A stretch of DNA of 64,000 nt from Nannocystis bainbridge (GTDB lineage Bacteria; Myxococcota_A; Polyangia; Nannocystales; Nannocystaceae), in contig NZ_JAQNDL010000001.1 of assembly GCF_028368995.1 (NCBI RefSeq), forward strand, positions 1,472,001 through 1,536,000, written 5' to 3'. Positions 20,628 to 30,206 of this stretch are shown in pieces; positions within the stretch are counted from its first letter, which is position 1, and each line of letters starts with the position of its first letter. The notes below the pieces were generated by a model. It searched no databases. It was given only the letters and a program-made list of their open reading frames with translations, and had not been told where the DNA came from. Position numbers and translations under genes: made by a program.

Positions 20628-21755
20628 ATGCAGAACGACCCCGGGTATCTCCAGCGCGCGCGGCGGATCGTCGACGACATCATCGTCCCGCACGCCTGCG
20701 ACGTCGATCGCGGCGTGTATCCGCGGACCGCCCTGCGCGGCCTCGGCGACGCCGGCTTGCTCGGGCTCCTCGGCGCCGAGGACGTGGGCGGCGCTGGCCT
20801 CGACCTGCGCGCCGCGGCCCGCGTCGTCGAGCTCGTCGGCGGCGCCTGCGGCTCGACCGGCATGGTCCTCTGCATGCATTACTGCGGCGCCGCCGTGATC
20901 GAGCGCCACGGCCCGCGCGCGGTTCGCCAGGCGATCGCCGCGGGCCGGCACATCACCACCCTCGCCTTCTCCGAGGCCGGCTCGCGCAGCCACTTCTGGG
21001 CCCCGGTCGGCACCGCCCGCGCCGTCGCCGGCGGCCAGATCCGCCTCGACGCCGAGAAGAGCTGGTCGACCTCCGCCGGCGAGGCCGACAGCTACGTGTG
21101 GTCGAGCCAGCCGGTCACCGCCCAGGAGCTCAGCACCTTGTGGCTCGTCCCCGCCGCCAGCCCGGGTCTCACCATTCCGCGCCCGTTCGACGGCCTCGGC
21201 CTGCGCGGCAACTCCTCTGCCCCGATCCGCGCCGACGACGTCCGCCTCGACCCCGCCGCCATGCTCGGCCTCGACGGCGGCGGCCTCGACATCATGATGA
21301 CGATCGTCCTGCCGCACTTTCAGGTGCTGTCGGCCGCCTGCTACATCGGCATCGTCGACGCCGCCGTGGCCGGCGCGGTCGCCCACGCCAGCCGGGCCCG
21401 CTTCTCGCACACCGACCAGACCCTGGCCGACCTGCCGACCATCCGCGCCTTCGTGGCCCGCTGCGTCCTCAAGCGCGACATGGCCCGCGCCCTGCTGGCC
21501 GACACCCTCGCCGCCCTCGAGGACGGCCGCCCCGACGCTCAGCTCCGCGTGCTCGAGGTCAAGGCCGCCGCCGCCGAGGTCGCCACCGAGGTCACCGAGC
21601 TCGCCATGCGGATCTGCGGCGGCGCGGCCTATCGCAAGGACGTCGGCGTGGAGCGCCAATTCCGCGACGCCCACGCGGCGACGGTGATGTCGCCGACGAC
21701 GGACCTGCTCTACGAGTTCATCGGCAAGCACGCGTGCGGCCTGCCGATGCTGTGA
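20628..21755 (+). CDS. Acyl-CoA dehydrogenase family protein
   Basis: TLAFSEAGS, K-S-W-S-T-S, GLGLRGNSS, ICGGAAY, ERQFRDA motifs. Confidence 0.88.
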   Translation: MQNDPGYLQRARRIVDDIIVPHACDVDRGVYPRTALRGLGDAGLLGLLGAEDVGGAGLDLRAAARVVELVGGACGSTGMVLCMHYCGAAVIERHGPRAVRQAIAAGRHITTLAFSEAGSRSHFWAPVGTARAVAGGQIRLDAEKSWSTSAGEADSYVWSSQPVTAQELSTLWLVPAASPGLTIPRPFDGLGLRGNSSAPIRADDVRLDPAAMLGLDGGGLDIMMTIVLPHFQVLSAACYIGIVDAAVAGAVAHASRARFSHTDQTLADLPTIRAFVARCVLKRDMARALLADTLAALEDGRPDAQLRVLEVKAAAAEVATEVTELAMRICGGAAYRKDVGVERQFRDAHAATVMSPTTDLLYEFIGKHACGLPML

Positions 21756-21770
21756 AGCGACCCCGCGACG
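21717..21770 (+). repeat. 54-bp direct repeat, copy 1 (3' end of the acyl-CoA dehydrogenase gene)
   Basis: TTCATCGGCAAGCACGCGTGCGGCCTGCCGATGCTGTGAAGCGACCCCGCGACG; 52/54 identical to 25380-25433. Confidence 0.9.
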
Positions 21771-22379
21771 TGCACCCCATTCCCGGCTTCCTGGGTTCCC
21801 TGTGCACCAAGACGGCGTTCCGAGCGGGGAAGCGATTCCCCCATCTGCCCCGATCTAACCCGCGTTCCGTCAGGCAACAGAGGCCGATCGAGGCAACAGC
21901 CATTGCGCGGGTCGATGCCTGCCACGTCGTCGTAGACGTGGTCGCGCTCGCGCCGGGGAGCCGGGCCGCGAGGGTCTCGCGGATGTACTCGCTGATCGCG
22001 GCCTCGTACTCCTGACCGAGCGCGTGCAGCCCTATCGACTTGTCGTCGTCGGGTAGGTGCCGCGCCCGCTGGCCGGCCTAGATTGGGTGATCGAGTCCCC
22101 ACCGGGGATCCACGCCGCGCCGGGCTGTCCCTGAGGGCGCTCATGAATGGGCTTAGGGCGGTGTCGCATCCATGGACGTGGCCGTGTCCGCAACGTCGGC
22201 GACAACGCCGAACCATCGAGATCGACGAGCAATTGGGCGGCTTCGTCGCCTCGCGCGAGCCTCTGCCACGAATACGAATACGTCGAACACTGCACGACTG
22301 TTCCCCTCTCGCGCGTGCGCGCATTGGGGAGATAAAGTGTCCCGCGCGCGTTCGATCGCGCCGGATTTCGGGGGAATGC

Positions 22380-25337
22380 ATGATCGTGCGACGCAGGACG
22401 CGAATCGTCGTGGGGGCGGCGCTCGCCGCCGTGACAGCGTGGTTGCTGTGGTCGCGGCCGACGAAGGAGCCTTATCGCGACCGGGCGGCGGCGGGAGCCG
22501 TCCCTGAACCGCGCGTGGTGCTCTCCGCGGATCCTGAGGATACGGGCGACCCGCGGCGGATCGGGTTCGCCACGATCTCCGGGAAGGTCACCGATCCGGA
22601 CGGGCGGGCGATCGCGGGCGCGCAGGTCTGCGCGTTCACCAGCTCGCGCCGGCTCGACGTGGCCGCGTTGCGGCAGCCGACATGCGTGGAGACGGGGCGC
22701 GACGGCGGTTACGTGCTCGCGGGGCTGTGGGCGGTCCGCCACCGCGTCAGCGCGAGCGCGCCGGGCCACATCCCGGCTTTTTACGTGCAGGGTGAGGGGG
22801 CGGCGCGGCGCGATACGATCGACCTGCGCCCGGCCGTCGACGTGCGCGGCATCGACATCGTGCTGCCGGGCGGCGGGGTCGAGATCCGCGGCACGATCAA
22901 GGACCTCAGCGGCGGCGCGATCGAGGGCGCGCTCGTGACGTCCGGTGGGGGTATCGAGGGGACCGGCGTCGCGGCGACGACGTCGGGGCCGGAGGGCGAA
23001 TTCTCGCTGTGGGTGCCGCCGGGTCGACCCAGGGTGCGGGCGACGGCCGAGGGTTACGCCGATGGGCAGGACTACGGGGTCGCGCCCGGGCACACCTTCG
23101 AGGTGTTCTTGACGCCGGAGGCTGTGCTGGTCGGCAAGGTCGTGCGCGCGGGCGACGGTTCGCCGATCGAGGGGGCGGAGGTGACGGCGGAGCGCGGCGA
23201 CGCGTTCGCCGAAGGCGGACGGGCGCGCACCGACGCGGGCGGCAATTTCCGGATCGATCGCCTGGCGGCGGGGGCGTACAAGCCGAAGGCGACGACCGAC
23301 GACGTGTACGGGGTGGCGACGGAGCAGGTCGTGCTCGGGCTCGGCGAGACGTCAGCGCCGATCGTGATTCGGGCGCACCCGGCGTTTTACGTCGAGGGAC
23401 GGGTGTTCGTGGCCGGCGGGACGTCGTGCAATAAGGGATCGGTGAGGCTGCGCGATCCGGCCCAGGGCCGCGAGCACTGGGTGGAGATCGAGGCCGACGG
23501 GGTGGCGCACGCTGACGGGCTCTTGCCGGGGACCTACGAGGTGACTGTCGACTGCCGCGGCTTCGTGTCGGCGGAGCGGTACGAGCCGGTGGTTGTCGCC
23601 GACGCGAACGCGACCGGGCTGCGCTGGGAAGTGACGCGCGGCCAGGCGATCCGCGGCGTCATCGTCACGGCGAAGGGCGAGCCGATGCAGGGCCTCCGGC
23701 TATCGGCACACTCGAAACAAGACCCCGCGCAGCCGCGGGCGCGGACGATTCGCGCGCGAGACAGCCAGTCGGACGCACAGGGGCGCTTCGAGCTCCCGGG
23801 GCTGCTGCCCGGGACTTATCAGGTCTACGCGTCTGCGATAAACCAGAAGCGGGTGACGCCGGACAAGCCGACCGAGGTAACGGTGCCCGAAGGACAGGAC
23901 GTGGAGGGCGTGCGGCTGGTGGCGCCGACGTCCGGCGAGGTCCGCGGCGAGGTCCGCGACGCGCATGGGAAGGGGCTTGCGCGCGTGGGGGTGCAGTTTC
24001 TCGGAGCGCGACCCGGCCCGCAGGTGACCACGGCCGACGACGGCACCTTCGTCGTCCGCGAGATCGCGCCGGGCGAGTACCGGGTCCTCGCTGCCAAGGA
24101 CGATGTGTTGCGGGCACCGGGCGCCGGTCCGGACGACGCGCAGGGGGTGAAGCTCGAGGTCCGCCCCGGGGCGGTGGAGACGGTCAAGCTGGTCGTCGAG
24201 GCAGGTTCGGAGACGATCGTCGGGACGGTCCGCGGCGAGCACGGCGAGGTCGTGCCCGACGCATTCGTCGAGGCGATCCGCGAGTCGGAGGAATGGGGCG
24301 CCGCGGGGCGAGGGGCCGGGCTGCTGACGGGGCGATTCGACCGCGACTCCGAACGGCCGCGCCTGACCGACGGCGACGGCCGGTTTTCGCTCGATGGGCT
24401 GTTCCCGGGCAAGTACACCGTGCGCGCATACCGGCGCGGCGGCGGCGAGGCGATCGCCGAGCAGGTCGCGCCCGGCAGCGAGGTCGTGCTGACGATCGCC
24501 GAGACGGGGCGGCTCGGCGGCACGGTGGCGCTGCCCGGCGGCAGGGCGCCGCAGGAGTTCACTGTCAAGGTGGAGGACATCAGGACCGGGTTCCGCCGGA
24601 TGGACTCGTTCTTCCGCACCGACGGGGCGTGGAGCTTCGCGGAGCTGCCGCCCGGGACCTACCGGGTGCAGGTGTCGGCGTCCGAGGGGACGCGGACGAT
24701 GGATATGTCCCTCGGGCCAGGCGAGGAGAACACCGGGATCCGCGTCGAGCTCGCGGCGAAGGTGACGGTGCGTGGCACGGTAGTCGACCTCGAGGGCAGG
24801 CCGGTGCCGGGTGTCGCCGTGCAGATCCTCGAGAGCACCATCGTCCGCTTCGGCGGAGAACCCGGCGACAAGAAGCACGTCAGCGACGCGGCGGGGCGGT
24901 TCGAGGTCGCGCGGGCGCCGACGGGCCTGGTGATGGTGCAGGCCTCCCCGGAGGAGGCGGAGACGTACGCGTCGGCCTCGATCAACACGCGGCTCGAGGG
25001 CGGGCCGGTGATCGAGCTGCCGCCGATCCGGCTGGTGAAGAAGGCCGTCCGCAGCGGTGAGTCGGGGGGCGACCTCGGGATCGGACTCAAGCAGGCCGAA
25101 CCGGGGGCGGACCCGCTGCAGCGGCGGTTGACCGTCGCGGTGGTGCGCCCGGGCAGCCCGGCGGCCGCGGCCGCGCTGCAGGTCGGCGACGAGATCGTCG
25201 CGGTCGGCGGGCAGGACGTCACCGGCGCGAACTACTACCTGTACTGGCCGCTGACGCTGGTGTCGCCGGGTACGACGGTGCGGCTGGGCCTCGCCCGCGG
25301 GGTGACGGTCGAGCTCGTCGCCGACGCGCCACTCTGA
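22380..25337 (+). CDS. Membrane-anchored protein with multiple carboxypeptidase-regulatory-like (beta-sandwich) domains and a C-terminal PDZ domain
   Basis: N-terminal TM; repeated G.V.D..G.PI.GA.V / TD..G.F.L..L.PG.Y units; PDZ VRPGSPAAAAALQVGDEIVAVGG. Confidence 0.85.
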   Translation: MIVRRRTRIVVGAALAAVTAWLLWSRPTKEPYRDRAAAGAVPEPRVVLSADPEDTGDPRRIGFATISGKVTDPDGRAIAGAQVCAFTSSRRLDVAALRQPTCVETGRDGGYVLAGLWAVRHRVSASAPGHIPAFYVQGEGAARRDTIDLRPAVDVRGIDIVLPGGGVEIRGTIKDLSGGAIEGALVTSGGGIEGTGVAATTSGPEGEFSLWVPPGRPRVRATAEGYADGQDYGVAPGHTFEVFLTPEAVLVGKVVRAGDGSPIEGAEVTAERGDAFAEGGRARTDAGGNFRIDRLAAGAYKPKATTDDVYGVATEQVVLGLGETSAPIVIRAHPAFYVEGRVFVAGGTSCNKGSVRLRDPAQGREHWVEIEADGVAHADGLLPGTYEVTVDCRGFVSAERYEPVVVADANATGLRWEVTRGQAIRGVIVTAKGEPMQGLRLSAHSKQDPAQPRARTIRARDSQSDAQGRFELPGLLPGTYQVYASAINQKRVTPDKPTEVTVPEGQDVEGVRLVAPTSGEVRGEVRDAHGKGLARVGVQFLGARPGPQVTTADDGTFVVREIAPGEYRVLAAKDDVLRAPGAGPDDAQGVKLEVRPGAVETVKLVVEAGSETIVGTVRGEHGEVVPDAFVEAIRESEEWGAAGRGAGLLTGRFDRDSERPRLTDGDGRFSLDGLFPGKYTVRAYRRGGGEAIAEQVAPGSEVVLTIAETGRLGGTVALPGGRAPQEFTVKVEDIRTGFRRMDSFFRTDGAWSFAELPPGTYRVQVSASEGTRTMDMSLGPGEENTGIRVELAAKVTVRGTVVDLEGRPVPGVAVQILESTIVRFGGEPGDKKHVSDAAGRFEVARAPTGLVMVQASPEEAETYASASINTRLEGGPVIELPPIRLVKKAVRSGESGGDLGIGLKQAEPGADPLQRRLTVAVVRPGSPAAAAALQVGDEIVAVGGQDVTGANYYLYWPLTLVSPGTTVRLGLARGVTVELVADAPL

Positions 25338-25379
25338 TCGCGCCGCATGAAGCGGGGTCGAACGCGCCACGAGATGTCC

Positions 25380-25433
25380 TTCATCGGCAAGCACGTGTGC
25401 GGCCTGCCGATGCTGTGACGCGACCCCGCGACG
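25380..25433 (+). repeat. 54-bp direct repeat, copy 2
   Basis: Matches 21717-21770 with 2 mismatches. Confidence 0.9.
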
Positions 25434-25560
25434 AACGCCCGTCGAGGTCGTCACGCGGCTCCCTGTCCGCCCGGATGCTCACGTCACCTGGACCGCGACG
25501 ACGCGCCGTCCCTGCGCGCCGCCCTGTCGCGCGGGTGTCGCCCGCATCGTGAGGCCGCGA

Positions 25561-25611
25561 GGACATGTCGTCATGAACATGCCTTTTTAGACATGTCCAA
25601 GGAGACATCCC
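25561..25611. repeat. REP-like ACATG array
   Basis: GGACATGTCGTCATGAACATGCCTTTTTAGACATGTCCAAGGAGACATCCC, about 14-bp period. Confidence 0.65.
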
Positions 25612-25760
25612 ATCATCGGCGGCCGGATCGGGCCCGACGCTACGGGAACGATCCGCGGGGGACGAATCAGCAGGCCGCGGCTGCCTCGGCATTCGCCGAG
25701 TAGCAATGCTCTGATCCGAGCCCGACACAAGCGTGCCCATGGAGGCGCTCGATCCGCCGA

Positions 25761-25952
25761 TCATCGTCGAAGAAGCTCTGGGCTGCCGAGATCGCGGAGG
25801 ATCCAGCCAGCGTCCCAGAACAGCACGGCGTGCTCGGACGACGCGGTGCGGCCCTTCAGGGGCAATCGTGCTCGATGCGAGCGGCCGATCACGGTGCGAC
25901 CGGTCAGCGTGACGCGGTGGTCGCTCGCAATTTCGCGCAAGGAGCCCACCAC
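25761..25952 (-). pseudogene. Truncated FHA-domain gene fragment
   Basis: TVIGRS...ASSEHA...WILRDLGS are FHA motifs, but the sequence breaks before the expected xNGT strand. Confidence 0.6.
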
Positions 25953-26083
25953 CGCAGTCTATCACCCCAGCGCGGGCCGTTCCCACTCCTCCACGCCCAT
26001 CTCCGCGACCGGGGCGAGGCCGTTCGGCCGAACGCCCCGGACTCTTCACGATGCGGCAGACCGGACGATTACGGCGCGAAGGT

Positions 26084-27646
26084 TCAGGGCGCGGCCGCCT
26101 CGTCCTCGTCGAAATCGTCGCCCCCCGCGGGGCGGACGACCAGGTGACGGAAGGGCTCGTGGCCCTCCGAGTAGACCTCGACGTGATGGTGCCGGGCCGC
26201 GACCCGGTGCTGCACCTTGCGAAGCGGCGGCGGCTGGGCCCCTAGCGCCACGGTGATGTTCTCGCTCACGGCCCGGTCGATCGCCTGCTCGATCTCGAGG
26301 ATGGCCTCGCGGACGACCTCGTCGTCCATGCCCGGCACCGTCGGGAAGGCGGCCTGCAGCACGCGACGCAGCTCCGAGCCGCTGTTGCGCTTGACCGTGT
26401 GCACCGGCCGACCCGCCTCTGCCAGCCGGCGGATCTTCTGGTCGTCCGCCCGGGCGCGCAGCGCGAAGATGATGTCCGAATGCTCGGGGTTGTTCACGAT
26501 CCGCGCGTCCACCGAGACGTCGCGGAGCGCACGGACCAGGAGGTCGCGGCTGATCGCGTGCAGGTAGATCAGCACCGGGCCCTCCCACGTGGCCGGGTTC
26601 CCCGCCCGGGAGCGCCTGGCGGGGCCGGGGGCCTCGGGCGCGGCCGCGGGGACGTCGGGCGTCGGTGCGCGGCCCGGCTGCCGGCGCTCGCCTCTCACGG
26701 CATCACCGGCGAGCAGCCGGTCGACCGCGGCGCCGGCGTCGTGGTGCACCACGACCTCGTCGCGTCCGACCATCTCGACCACGACATCGAAAGTGGGAGC
26801 CCCCCGGCGCTCGGTGACCGTCTTCGGGGAATGCCGCCGCCGGGCCTCGTCGTCGCCGAGCGTGACGGTGTGCACGCCGCCGACCAGGTCCGAGAGGGTC
26901 GGGTTCAGCACCAGGTTCTCGAGCGTGTTGCCGTGCGCCGTGCCGATCAACTGCACTCCGCGCTCGGCGATGGTGCGCGCGGCCGCGGCCTCGGCCGAGG
27001 TGCCGATCTCGTCGACGACGATCACCTCGGGCATGTGGTTCTCGACCGCTTCGATCATCACGGCGTGCTGGCGGTCGGGCCGCGGCACCTGCATCCGCCG
27101 CGCGGCACCGATGCCGGGGTGCGGCACGTCGCCGTCGCCGCCGATCTCGTTGGAGGTGTCGACCACGACGACGCGCCGCCCCAGGTCGTCGGCCAGCACG
27201 CGCGCGATCTCCCGCAGCTTGGTCGTCTTGCCGACGCCTGGCCGGCCCAGCAGCAGCACGTTCTGCCCGGTCTCGACCAGGTCCCGCAACAGCTCGACCG
27301 CGCCGACCACCGCCCGCCCCACGCGCAGGGTCAGGCCCACGACTTCGCCGCGCCGGTTCCGGATGACCGAGATCCGGTGCAGCGTGCCCTCGATGCCGGT
27401 GCGGTTGTCCTCGCCCACCGGGCTCAACTCGGTGAGCACGGCGTCGATGTCCGCGCGGCCGACGGGCGTGCCGGCCAGGCGTTCGGCGCGGCCCTCGAGC
27501 CGGGCCTCGGGCGTGCGACCGAGGTCCATCACCACCTCGAGCAATTGAGCCGGCGCGAGCGCGCGCACGGCGCTCTGCAGCTCGGCGGGCAGGACCCCGA
27601 TGAGGAGTCCGAGTTCGTGGTCCGATGTGCTCGTCACCGGCGACAC
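26084..27646 (-). CDS. AAA+ ATPase of the SpoIIIAA/Ycf45 type with a C-terminal R3H-like domain
   Basis: GRPGVGKTT Walker A, VVVDTSNEIGGDGD, AVENHMPEVIVVDEIG, IGTAHG; R3H-like RKVQH...SEGHEPFR. Confidence 0.88.
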   Translation of the reverse strand: MSPVTSTSDHELGLLIGVLPAELQSAVRALAPAQLLEVVMDLGRTPEARLEGRAERLAGTPVGRADIDAVLTELSPVGEDNRTGIEGTLHRISVIRNRRGEVVGLTLRVGRAVVGAVELLRDLVETGQNVLLLGRPGVGKTTKLREIARVLADDLGRRVVVVDTSNEIGGDGDVPHPGIGAARRMQVPRPDRQHAVMIEAVENHMPEVIVVDEIGTSAEAAAARTIAERGVQLIGTAHGNTLENLVLNPTLSDLVGGVHTVTLGDDEARRRHSPKTVTERRGAPTFDVVVEMVGRDEVVVHHDAGAAVDRLLAGDAVRGERRQPGRAPTPDVPAAAPEAPGPARRSRAGNPATWEGPVLIYLHAISRDLLVRALRDVSVDARIVNNPEHSDIIFALRARADDQKIRRLAEAGRPVHTVKRNSGSELRRVLQAAFPTVPGMDDEVVREAILEIEQAIDRAVSENITVALGAQPPPLRKVQHRVAARHHHVEVYSEGHEPFRHLVVRPAGGDDFDEDEAAAP

Positions 27647-27786
27647 ATAATGCTCCCCGGCGGTTCCGCCATGGATCGGGGCAAGATTGGGCGCGAGCGC
27701 CTACGTGGCAGCGAGCGCGGGACACGCCGCGGCCAGCCGCCCGACCGCCGTGGCACCTGAGACTTCGGCTCGACGCACGGAGGGAG

Positions 27787-28371
27787 TCAGGTCGGCGGCG
27801 TCCACACGGCGCCGGTCTCACAGTCGACGTGCCGCAGGCCGACGCGCTCCGGCGTGATGTCGAGGACGCCGAACACGATGGGCAGTTGAAACCGACGCGG
27901 GCCGATCGACCCGGGGTTGAACACCGCGATGCCGCGGTCGCGGCCGATGAAGGGCACGTGCGAATGCCCGCAGACGACCAGCGAGGCATCCTCGGCCCGG
28001 GCGAACCGGGCAGCGTCGGCCCGCAGCCGCGGACCGGCCACGGCGATGTGCAGCATGGCGATCGTGAGCCGCACGGCGTCGCCGTCGCGGACCTCGAGGG
28101 TGCGCAGGTCCGGCAGCGTCGCCGCCTTCGCGTCGATGTTGCCGCGTACGGCGAACACCGGGGCGATCCGCTCGAGCTCGGTCAGCACCGCGAGCTCGCC
28201 GACGTCGCCGGCATGCAAGATGTACTGCGGCTCGAGCGCGGCGATGTGAGCCATGGCCCCGGGGTGCGGTCGACTGTGCGTGTCCGCGACCGCGACGATG
28301 CGCAGCGCCCCGTCGCGCAGGTGCAGCGCCTCGCGGCGGACGCTTTGAGGTTCGGCGCGGGCGTAGGCCAC
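27787..28371 (-). CDS. Metallophosphoesterase (YfcE/calcineurin-like)
   Basis: ADTH, HAGD, VRGNID, CGHSHVP, NPGS motifs. Confidence 0.88.
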   Translation of the reverse strand: MAYARAEPQSVRREALHLRDGALRIVAVADTHSRPHPGAMAHIAALEPQYILHAGDVGELAVLTELERIAPVFAVRGNIDAKAATLPDLRTLEVRDGDAVRLTIAMLHIAVAGPRLRADAARFARAEDASLVVCGHSHVPFIGRDRGIAVFNPGSIGPRRFQLPIVFGVLDITPERVGLRHVDCETGAVWTPPT

Positions 28372-28414
28372 GGTGCCGGGAGGAATACACCGTCCGCGGC
28401 CCGCAGCCCACGGG

Positions 28415-28888
28415 TCACCGCCGAAACCCCAGCGTGGGCCCCGGGTCGCGCCGTGGCGGATCGGCGGCGAACCACGCGCGCGTCGCCTCCCGGAAATCGG
28501 CGAGCGCGAGCCCCCCGGCGTCCGGCGCGCACGCGTCGAGCTTGGCCATCCCGCGCGCGAGCAGCCGCGCAGCGCTCTCGGGTTTGCCTTGCACATGCAG
28601 CTTGTGGTGAGCCGCGGCGACCTGGATGAGGCCCTGCAGCAGGCGGCGTTCGTCGGGGTCGGTGGCCACGCGCCAGCGGTCCTCCCAGGCCTCGTGGGCC
28701 GCGAAGTGATCGCCGGCGTTGAACAGCGCGAGGCCGCGGGCGAGGGCCGCATCGGTGCCAAGGCTCGGCTCGCCCCGCGAGTCACCCTCGGATCTCAGCC
28801 GCTCGGCGGAGGCGTCCCCTGCTCGGCGGTCGTCGGGGCGGTCGATGATGTCTTGCTCGAGTTTCGCCTTCTCGGGATCGGCTCGCAC
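28415..28888 (-). CDS. DUF309 domain protein
   Basis: LFNAGDHFAAHEAWEDRW...LQGLIQVAAAHHK. Confidence 0.8.
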   Translation of the reverse strand: MRADPEKAKLEQDIIDRPDDRRAGDASAERLRSEGDSRGEPSLGTDAALARGLALFNAGDHFAAHEAWEDRWRVATDPDERRLLQGLIQVAAAHHKLHVQGKPESAARLLARGMAKLDACAPDAGGLALADFREATRAWFAADPPRRDPGPTLGFRR

Positions 28889-29105
28889 CGCGCCATCGTA
28901 TCCTCGGCAGACCACTCGCCACCTGAAAAGGTGGATTCGCCGGACCGCGGCGAGCTTCGCGGGGCCGGCTGAGTTTTCCGCGCCCCGAGCGCGCAAGCGG
29001 CGATGAACATGGTGAGGTGATGGGTATTGCCGCACGGGTCATTGAGCTCGAGCGGGCCGATGACCCGCTCGCGCGGCTGAGCGGGGCCCGGTAGAGCGAT
29101 TGCCG

Positions 29106-29852
29106 TCAATTCTCGAGCGCGCGCTTGGTGAAGCGGTCGTCGGGCAGCGGCGCGTTGACCTGCCACGATTTGCGCACGAGCCGGGTCTGGCCGCCCTTGA
29201 CGCTGTCGACCATCCTGGACTCGGCGGGCGCGCACACGTTGCCCTCGCAGGAGTAGCCGGTGCGGGTCTCGATCTTGAGCTGCTTGCCCTGGGCGTCGAA
29301 GTACTTGAGCTCGCCGGGCAGCTTGCGGTCCTTGTTGACGGCGATCTCGATGCGGGCGTACGGCGCCTCGACGCCGGCCTTCGGCGTGAGCACCAGCTTC
29401 CAGGTGGTGGCATCCTCGCCGGTACGGGTAGCCGTGTAGCGCGCGCCGTAGGCGGTGGTCGTGAGGTCGGTCTGGCTGTAAGCGAGGCCGAAGAAGCCTT
29501 GATCGGCCACGGAGCTGGCGATCCGGCGGACCTTCCCGAACGAGGGCAAGAACACGTACATCTCCGTCGGCGAGAGCGTGAGGGACTTGGTGCCCTTCAT
29601 GTCGGCCGGGGCGCTGAACTCGAAGAGGTGCTTCTTGGCCTTCCTCGCCAGCTGCATGGCCATCTTGCGCTCGGGCTTGCCCGCCTCCTGGTTCAAGACC
29701 TCGAAGTCGATCACGAGGGTCTGGGCGCGGTTCAACGCCGCGTCCATATCGGCGAGCAGCTGATCGCCGGCCGGGTCGGCTGCGGCAACGGTGGAATGGG
29801 CAAAAACCGCGACAGACGCGGCGACGAGCACGACGACACGATGCATCTTCAT
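29106..29852 (-). CDS. Outer-membrane lipoprotein-sorting (LolA-like) protein
   Basis: Signal peptide; F.APADMKGT..L....MYVFLPSFGKVRRIA...FFG..YS..D; C-terminal N..LPDDRFTKRALE. Confidence 0.8.
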   Translation of the reverse strand: MKMHRVVVLVAASVAVFAHSTVAAADPAGDQLLADMDAALNRAQTLVIDFEVLNQEAGKPERKMAMQLARKAKKHLFEFSAPADMKGTKSLTLSPTEMYVFLPSFGKVRRIASSVADQGFFGLAYSQTDLTTTAYGARYTATRTGEDATTWKLVLTPKAGVEAPYARIEIAVNKDRKLPGELKYFDAQGKQLKIETRTGYSCEGNVCAPAESRMVDSVKGGQTRLVRKSWQVNAPLPDDRFTKRALEN

Positions 29853-29899
29853 GGGGAGTTCGATCGGCGACGAGAGTACGAGCGCGCTTCGCGGCTCAC

Positions 29900-30154
29900 G
29901 GGTGAAGAGCCTGGACCCTCTCGCTGCGATCCAAAATAACTCGAAATTTTCCGCAGCCCTGCAGGCAGATCGGGGTCGACCCGTTCCGTAGCCGACCCAG
30001 ACGGACTCTCCATGGCCGGGCGCCCAGTAGCGCTTCGAGGCCCACAGGGCGGCTCTGCTGCCCCTGCCGCCGACGCCGTGGAGGTCGCCAGCGAGGGCGC
30101 GAAAATAGTTCGAAGTTTTTTGGATCGCAACCGGAGGGTCCTGGCTCTTCACCC
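29900..30154. promoter_or_regulatory. Mirrored ~46-bp element upstream of both divergent genes
   Basis: 29900-29945 is the near reverse complement of 30109-30154; each lies about 50 bp from its start codon. Confidence 0.7.
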
Positions 30155-30206
30155 TCAAGCCTCGGATCCGGGCGGGCCCATCACCCCGAGGCTCGACGAG
30201 AATTTC

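Noticed and set aside
21790-22370. Integrase or other gene in the left part of the repeat-flanked insert
   Set aside because: Only a short protein-like minus-strand fragment (QEYEAAISEYIRETLAARLP); no recombinase motifs.
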